The notes below the pieces were generated by a model that was not told where the DNA came from, ran no database searches, and saw nothing but the letters and a program-made list of their open reading frames with translations. From Selenomonadaceae bacterium (GTDB taxonomy: Bacteria > Bacillota > Negativicutes > Selenomonadales > Selenomonadaceae), in contig JAFUTM010000040.1 of the NCBI GenBank assembly GCA_017484235.1, positions 1-37,922 on the forward strand: a stretch of DNA of 37,922 nucleotides. Direction: 5' to 3'. Below, piece after piece: positions 32,533 through 37,922 of the stretch; position 1 is the first letter of the stretch, and each line of letters starts with the position of its first letter. The position numbers and the translations under genes were made by a program.

Positions 32533-34773
32533 ATGGGTATTACTTATAATGCTGAGACGCAACAGTTTCATCTGTTTAACGACAGAATCAGCTATTTGAT
32601 GAAAGTTTTGCGTAACAATCAGATTGGCCAGCTCTATTTTGGACAGCGCGTACCAGACAATGAAGATTACAGCTACCTCGTTGAAGAAAGCAAACGCCCA
32701 ATGTCGTCATATGTTTTTGAAGGCGAATATGGCTTTTCACTTGAACATATGAAACAGGAATATCCGTCGCACGGCTCAACCGATTTCAGAATTCCGGCAT
32801 TTGAAATCCTTCAGCCGAATGGCAGCCGCATCACCAATTTTATTTATAAATCACATCAAATTTATTCCGGTAAAAGCAAACTCGCCGGCCTGCCTGCAAC
32901 TTACGTTGAGAACGACGACGAAGCCGATACGCTGGAGATTGTATTATGCGATGAGTTGATTAACGTTGAAATTATTTTAAAGTATACGATTTTTAAAAAT
33001 TTTGATGCCATAGCCCGCAGTGTGGAATTTAAAAATTGCAGTGATAATACATATCATATAATGCGTGCTATGAGTTTGTCGCTGGACTTGCCGGACGCCG
33101 ATTATGATTTTGTTCAGTTCTCCGGCTGGTGGAGTCGTGAACGTTATCGCAAAGATCATCGACTTGCACAGGGTATTCAATCAATTGGCAGTCTCAGAGG
33201 CCATTCCAGTCACGTGCATAATCCATTTATCATTTTAAAACGTCCGAATACTGATGAAGCTCAGGGCGAAGCAGTCGGCTGTTCGCTTATCTACAGCGGC
33301 AACTTTTTAGCGCAGGCTGAGGTTGATACATTTAACGTCACACGCTTGACTATGGGTATCAATCCATTTCAATTTGACTGGCAGCTTAAATCCGGTGAAA
33401 CATTCCAAACGCCGGAAGCAGTTTTAGTTTATTCAAGCAGTGGACTCAATGCACTTAGCCAGACTTATCATAAACTTTATCGGACGAGACTGGCGCACGG
33501 CATATGGCGTGATCGTGAACGTCCGATTCTTATTAATAACTGGGAAGCCACTTATTTTGACTTTACTGAGGATAAGTTGATTAACATTGCTAAGACGGCA
33601 AAAGATGTCGGCGTGGAAATGTTTGTGCTGGACGACGGCTGGTTCGGCACGCGAACAAGTGACACCAGCGGTCTTGGCGATTGGTGGGCAAACAAAGACC
33701 GTCTGCCAAACGACGTTAAGGGCATTGCCGAAAAGATTAATGCACTTGATTTAAAATTTGGTCTGTGGTTTGAACTTGAAATGGCTAACAAAGACAGTGA
33801 GCTTTACCGCAATCACCCAGACTGGATTCTGCACGTGCCGAATCGCAGGACCTCGCACGGTCGTAATCAGTACGTTTTGGATTTCTCACGCATTGAAGTC
33901 GTCGATTATATTTATGATTTAGTTGCCAAGATTCTGCGTTCTGCTAATATTGAGTATATAAAATGGGATATGAATCGCTCAATAACTGAGTGTTACTCCG
34001 TCGCTTATCCGGCAGAGCAGCAGGGCGAAATCTTCCACCGTTATATTTTAGGTGTTTATGATCTTTATGAGCGTCTGACAAATGAATTTCCGCATATTTT
34101 ATTTGAGTCCTGCGCGTCGGGTGGCGGGCGTTTTGATCCAGGTATGCTTTATTATGCACCGCAGGCGTGGACGAGTGATGATTCCGACGGCGTGGAACGT
34201 ATCAAAATTCAGTATGGCACATCTTACGTCTATCCGGTCAGTTCAATGGGCGCACACGTTTCAGTAACTCCTAATCATCAATTGTTCCGTAATACGCCGT
34301 TAAAGCTGCGCGGTGACGTTGCTTATTTTGGAACATTCGGCTATGAACTCGATCTGTCTAAGCTCAGTGATGAGGAGCTTGCCGAAGTCAAAGAACAGAT
34401 TAACTTTATGAAACGCTATCGCAACATCATTCAGCACGGCACATTCTATCGCTTAAAGAGTCCATTTGACGGTAATATTGCGGCGTGGCTTGTGGTTTCT
34501 GAAAAGAAGAAGACCGCTATTGTCGGTTACTATAAAGTTCTTAACGATATTTGCAGCGAATATCGCCGGATTAAACTATTTGGTCTTGATGAAAGTCGCC
34601 GTTATGAAGTCAGTATAGATGATAAAACTGTTTTGGGCACTTTCTCTGGCAGTGAACTGATGAATATTGGCCTTATAACAACGGATTTCTCCGCTGGCGA
34701 ATCAAGCCGCGAAGAAGGACAGCACTGCACTGACTTCTGGTCAAGAATTTATGTTATAAAAATGGCAGAATGA
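32533..34773 (+). CDS. Alpha-galactosidase, glycoside hydrolase family 36
   Basis: About 745 aa. Motifs P.L.N.WEA.YFD, FVLDDGWFG.R..D...LGDW, KFGLW.E.EM, YIKWDMNR and ESC.SGGGRFD, typical of GH36 AgaA/MelA-type enzymes. The ATG at 32533 follows GAGGTG. Confidence 0.9.
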   Translation: MGITYNAETQQFHLFNDRISYLMKVLRNNQIGQLYFGQRVPDNEDYSYLVEESKRPMSSYVFEGEYGFSLEHMKQEYPSHGSTDFRIPAFEILQPNGSRITNFIYKSHQIYSGKSKLAGLPATYVENDDEADTLEIVLCDELINVEIILKYTIFKNFDAIARSVEFKNCSDNTYHIMRAMSLSLDLPDADYDFVQFSGWWSRERYRKDHRLAQGIQSIGSLRGHSSHVHNPFIILKRPNTDEAQGEAVGCSLIYSGNFLAQAEVDTFNVTRLTMGINPFQFDWQLKSGETFQTPEAVLVYSSSGLNALSQTYHKLYRTRLAHGIWRDRERPILINNWEATYFDFTEDKLINIAKTAKDVGVEMFVLDDGWFGTRTSDTSGLGDWWANKDRLPNDVKGIAEKINALDLKFGLWFELEMANKDSELYRNHPDWILHVPNRRTSHGRNQYVLDFSRIEVVDYIYDLVAKILRSANIEYIKWDMNRSITECYSVAYPAEQQGEIFHRYILGVYDLYERLTNEFPHILFESCASGGGRFDPGMLYYAPQAWTSDDSDGVERIKIQYGTSYVYPVSSMGAHVSVTPNHQLFRNTPLKLRGDVAYFGTFGYELDLSKLSDEELAEVKEQINFMKRYRNIIQHGTFYRLKSPFDGNIAAWLVVSEKKKTAIVGYYKVLNDICSEYRRIKLFGLDESRRYEVSIDDKTVLGTFSGSELMNIGLITTDFSAGESSREEGQHCTDFWSRIYVIKMAE

Positions 34774-34774
34774 T

Positions 34775-35407
34775 ATGAGCGAAAAAAAATTAAGAATTAT
34801 AATGGCGCTGGTTGGCGTAATCCTAACCGGTGTATGTGTCGGCATATTCCAAACGGTTTTGCTTGGCGCGGATCCGTTTACTTGTTTTGTCACAGGCATT
34901 GCTAACATCTTCAATTCAACTTACAGTACCTGGTACGTGATTATAATTGGACTTCTCCTTGTCGTCGTCTTTATTTTGCAGAGGCGATACATAGGAATTG
35001 CAACGATTATTAACTTGTTTGGCATTGGCTTTATGGCGGATTTTACTCATTGGATTATGAGTAATTTAATTGTTAATCCGAGTATGACTTTCCGTCTCAT
35101 ATTGTTGATAGTCAACATCATAATTTTAAGTGCCGCTGCTTCACTATATTTTACAGCTGATCTTGGCGTTTCCGCTTATGATGCAATAGCATTGATGGCA
35201 GCAAATGATTATAAAGTTGCGGCTTTCAGAGTATGCAGAATAACTACGGATTTAATTTGCGTGATTGTTGGCTGGATTTATGCAGCGGATATTGGACTTG
35301 GAACCGTAATAACAGCTTTTATGATGGGGCCAATAATCCAATGGTTTAACGAAAATGTATCTGAGCCACTGTTAAAATCAAAACGACGTACACGGCAATT
35401 AAGATAG
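34775..35407 (+). CDS. YitT/YczE-like integral membrane protein
   Basis: 210 aa with 5-6 TM helices and an N-terminal pattern (....G....G......LG..PF) resembling the YczE/YitT family. Its start overlaps the stop of the alpha-galactosidase gene (TGATATG). Confidence 0.6.
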   Translation: MSEKKLRIIMALVGVILTGVCVGIFQTVLLGADPFTCFVTGIANIFNSTYSTWYVIIIGLLLVVVFILQRRYIGIATIINLFGIGFMADFTHWIMSNLIVNPSMTFRLILLIVNIIILSAAASLYFTADLGVSAYDAIALMAANDYKVAAFRVCRITTDLICVIVGWIYAADIGLGTVITAFMMGPIIQWFNENVSEPLLKSKRRTRQLR

Positions 35408-35450
35408 TTGTAACAATATGGTGTAGACTGATTAATTTGGTGATACTAAT

Positions 35451-36140
35451 ATGGCAAACATTGCATTTAAGATGAACTATTGCGACGGCGGAATAACTAA
35501 TCAAAGTGTTGGCTTCAATGGAATTTGCAGTGATGAGATGATTGAATATAACATTGAGCTGCAGAAAAATGCCTGGTGTTCAAATGAAATCTGCCTTTGC
35601 AAACAGTATTGGGATTTTGAGATAACGCGCACGGAGTTGGAAGATAATTGGCAGCCAGAATATAATGGACCATTTGTATGTTATGAGAGCTGCGCTCTGC
35701 GAGATTGGATCGCCTCCGCCGGCATCAATTCAATTGGTCGCATCAGACATTTTAATTTTTCTGAAGAATTGCCTAATCACCTTTGTGTACTAACTACGGT
35801 TAATCCAGAGGATAAACGCGGCAATCGTGTTATATTTGCAATGTTTTTGATTGATAAGGTCGTCATCAATAAGTATGATTACTCTCATTGTGTGACGGCC
35901 GATAAAAAATATCGTTTACAATTTTTTCCTAAAGAGATGAAGAAAGCAAAGTTCTGGTCAGTTTACAGAAATGCCGTCCGCCCTTCAAAAAAACGCTGGG
36001 TGAGTGGTCTGTATCGTTACTTTGAAGATGAAGACGCCGTTCAATTTTTAAAGATGGCAGCTGAAATAAAACGCGGTACACCTGAAGAAAGTCTTGCCAT
36101 TGAATTTTTAAATCATTATTGTAAAATCCATAACATTTAG
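35451..36140 (+). CDS. Hypothetical Cys-rich cytoplasmic protein (orphan)
   Basis: 229-aa ORF with a GGTGA RBS. The N-terminal half has 9 Cys (YCDGG, GICSD, WCSNEICLC, FVCYESC). No family recognised. AT-rich. Confidence 0.6.
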   Translation: MANIAFKMNYCDGGITNQSVGFNGICSDEMIEYNIELQKNAWCSNEICLCKQYWDFEITRTELEDNWQPEYNGPFVCYESCALRDWIASAGINSIGRIRHFNFSEELPNHLCVLTTVNPEDKRGNRVIFAMFLIDKVVINKYDYSHCVTADKKYRLQFFPKEMKKAKFWSVYRNAVRPSKKRWVSGLYRYFEDEDAVQFLKMAAEIKRGTPEESLAIEFLNHYCKIHNI

Positions 36141-36150
36141 AAAAATGCAC

Positions 36151-36191
36151 AAAAAAGCGGCTTGTCATATTTGGATAGAAGCCGCTTTTTT
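36151..36191 (+). terminator. Rho-independent terminator (bidirectional form) after the Cys-rich ORF
   Basis: 9-bp stem aagcggctt/aagccgctt, flanked by AAAAAA upstream and TTTTTT downstream. Confidence 0.8.
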
Positions 36192-36212
36192 ATTTCGTAA
36201 AATTTTTCATAC

Positions 36213-36233
36213 AAAAAAGCAGGTTTCCCTGCT
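36213..36233 (-). terminator. Rho-independent terminator after the small secreted-protein gene
   Basis: Stem agcagg/cctgct, loop tttc. The minus strand is followed by UUUUUU (plus-strand A-run 36213-36218). Confidence 0.65.
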
Positions 36234-36242
36234 CAAAAATTT

Positions 36243-36575
36243 TTACCAATATTTACTGGCTTCACTCCAGATACGCCAAGCAATAGGAGTTTTATATTGA
36301 TCGCATTCTCCACTAAATCCTTGAGAATTTGAATACCAAATTCCTCTTCCAGGTGAAAATTTATAATTAATATAGAATAGATTTCTACCCTTTACTGCCT
36401 TAACTGTACAATACAGTTCAGAATCATTAGTTCTAATTGTCTCGGTCATTAAATATGCTTCGTTTCCGTCTCGATAAGTTCCACAGTAAACATCTCTTGC
36501 TTCCGCATTATTATTTTGACCGGCAGTCATAAAAACAACTGCCACCATCATAAAGGCCACTACAATTTTTTTCAT
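36243..36575 (-). CDS. Small secreted protein (signal peptide, 4 Cys), orphan
   Basis: The ATG at 36575 follows GGAGGTG with 8-nt spacing. MKKIVVAFMMVAVVFMTAG...AEA signal-like N-terminus. No family recognised. Confidence 0.6.
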   Translation of the reverse strand: MKKIVVAFMMVAVVFMTAGQNNNAEARDVYCGTYRDGNEAYLMTETIRTNDSELYCTVKAVKGRNLFYINYKFSPGRGIWYSNSQGFSGECDQYKTPIAWRIWSEASKYW

Positions 36576-36985
36576 ACAAAACACCTCCGAACACTAAAAA
36601 ATAACACATAAAAATCTTTTAAACTTTTTATATTAATCGGCTGACTGAATAGAAGCAGAATTAAATTGCTTTCTCCAATTTGTCATCGACATCAAGAGCG
36701 GCACGAGCACCTGAGTATACTCTAATGTTTTTGACAGATAGAATTAATCAGCTTGCGGAACCGTGTGTTTGTTATTTGGAATTAACAATATAACGTACAT
36801 TTGTAATGATGTAATCTGGAAATTAAGAAGTATTGAAACGAATTAACAGATCATCATTTGATCTAACAATTAATATTGATTTTTCACATCAATTAATATT
36901 TGTTGTGCAGCCTCGTAGTTCATCTGCACCTGAACCGAAGAAAGCAACGTCGTCTGCTCCTATTCAAGCAGCCGCTTATTTTTAC

Positions 36986-37627
36986 TTATGATTTATGATT
37001 CAAATTAATATAATCTTCGATTATAGAATCATTGTCGCCGTGAGTATCAAATGGAAATACATAATCAACTTGAGTGTGAATCAGTGCGGCATCTATATCG
37101 TTAGAAATTTTATCAGCTTTTAAATATAAGTCCTTAATCCGTTTACGCAGCTTATTGCGGTCAAAATCAATAGTCTGTATGCGCTCAATATCATAACGAT
37201 ACTCAGTTTGATTGCCTTCTTTATTAAAGACATATCCACGACCAAGATTTTTATGTATAGTATGCGTACTCTGGAGACGCGCCATCCAATCCAACGCCTC
37301 AGCTAATGAGTGGCGCTTTTTATTTGAATCAACTGCCGCGTCGAGATCGAAGTCCATATTGGACTTTGCAGACCGGATCGCGTGTGCAAGCTTTTCACGT
37401 TCATCTATTAATCTTATAATAAACTCAATAACATATTCAGCTGGAAATTTTTTAGAATTAAAATCTGTCACATCTATTTCTTCATCGGGCTGCCCGTCAA
37501 CAGCCTTGCTGCGAAAATGCTTTTCTTTAACAGTCACGACATTGTTAGTTTCCATTAAGTAAGACTTTGCGTGATCGAAAAGGTCATTGATTATATTTTG
37601 CACTTGAAATGCTTCTTTTAAATTCAT
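36986..37627 (-). CDS. Hypothetical acidic, predominantly helical protein (orphan)
   Basis: 213-aa ORF with a strong GGAAGGAG RBS 8 nt upstream of the ATG. No motif recognised. Confidence 0.65.
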   Translation of the reverse strand: MNLKEAFQVQNIINDLFDHAKSYLMETNNVVTVKEKHFRSKAVDGQPDEEIDVTDFNSKKFPAEYVIEFIIRLIDEREKLAHAIRSAKSNMDFDLDAAVDSNKKRHSLAEALDWMARLQSTHTIHKNLGRGYVFNKEGNQTEYRYDIERIQTIDFDRNKLRKRIKDLYLKADKISNDIDAALIHTQVDYVFPFDTHGDNDSIIEDYINLNHKS

Positions 37628-37922
37628 AATTAATCGCTCCTTCCACGATAAATACTATACACTATTATTCAGGTCATAGTCAATCTGAACCTCCCACGAC
37701 TAAAGTCGCAGGGTTCTAGGAGACGAGTAGTTTTTCAGTGTCTCCATTTAAGAAGTTTGCAGGCACAGCCTGTTAGTTAGCCTTGCCTCTCAGCTTCGTT
37801 AAGCCTATGCAGCTTGACCAACAAACACGCTATGCGTGCCTTATTCTTACAGGCGTGTCCAGTTCGCCTCTATTGTATAGCCCCTCTAGGGACACAACTT
37901 TACTTTTACTAAGTATATTCAA
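37628..37922 (-). ncRNA. Hairpin-dense leader or possible structured RNA upstream of the 213-aa ORF, truncated by the window edge
   Basis: No ORF of 60 aa or more. Successive hairpins: gaacc..cgac-taaa-gtcg..ggttc (37687-37716), ggagac/gtctcc (37719-37745), caggc-aca-gcctg (37760-37772), cacgc-tat-gcgtg (37826-37838), gtgtcc/ggacac (37855-37894). GC content is higher than in the flanking genes. Confidence 0.3.

Noticed and set aside
37759-37810. tmRNA-like tag reading frame (gca aac ttc tta aat gga ... tag on the minus strand) near the right edge
   Set aside because: The peptide ANFLNGDTEKLLVS lacks the hydrophobic (L/V)AA-type C-terminus. No tRNA-like acceptor/T-arm sequences are present.

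Overview
The window is a 37.9 kb chromosomal segment, most likely from a diderm Firmicute (Negativicutes-like). That inference rests on an SLH-domain outer-membrane porin, Na+-translocating decarboxylase beta/gamma subunits and a fused 2-hydroxyacyl-CoA-dehydratase/activase-type gene. Most of it is recognisable housekeeping or metabolic coding. On the minus strand: nfeD-floA-orf, an APC amino-acid permease, an LDH/HicDH-like dehydrogenase, serA, a 1423-aa BcrAD/BadFG-activase + dehydratase-like fusion, an AMP-dependent ligase, and an L-ascorbate (ula) PTS operon ulaG-ulaR-ulaC-ulaA-ulaB-ulaF-ulaE with no ulaD but an extra beta-propeller gene. On the plus strand: decarboxylase gamma/beta, pyridoxal kinase, a PAS-GGDEF(degenerate)-EAL protein, the SLH porin, lepA, a GH36 alpha-galactosidase and a YitT/YczE-like membrane protein. 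Two single tRNA genes, Pro-UGG and Ala-CGC, each have a consensus sigma-70 promoter. Four things are not explained by standard annotation. (1) Degenerate 7-nt-period arrays (AATGAGG/AATTAGG and their complement ATTCCTC/ATTCCTA) occur at six loci. One lies in frame inside the 1423-aa CDS, and two are joined to a ~130-165 nt GC-rich repeat. (2) An RTX/calcium-binding exoprotein gene is broken by a 322-bp internal segment in inverted orientation. The segment is bounded by two 20-bp quasi-palindromic sites, and flipping it in silico restores an in-frame fusion to the RTX repeats. (3) A nested palindromic, G-tract-rich element sits between ulaB and ulaF. (4) The right end holds an AT-rich cluster of three orphan genes, the last preceded by about 290 nt of hairpin-rich leader that runs off the window. 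I found no CRISPR array, rRNA, transposase or recombinase.
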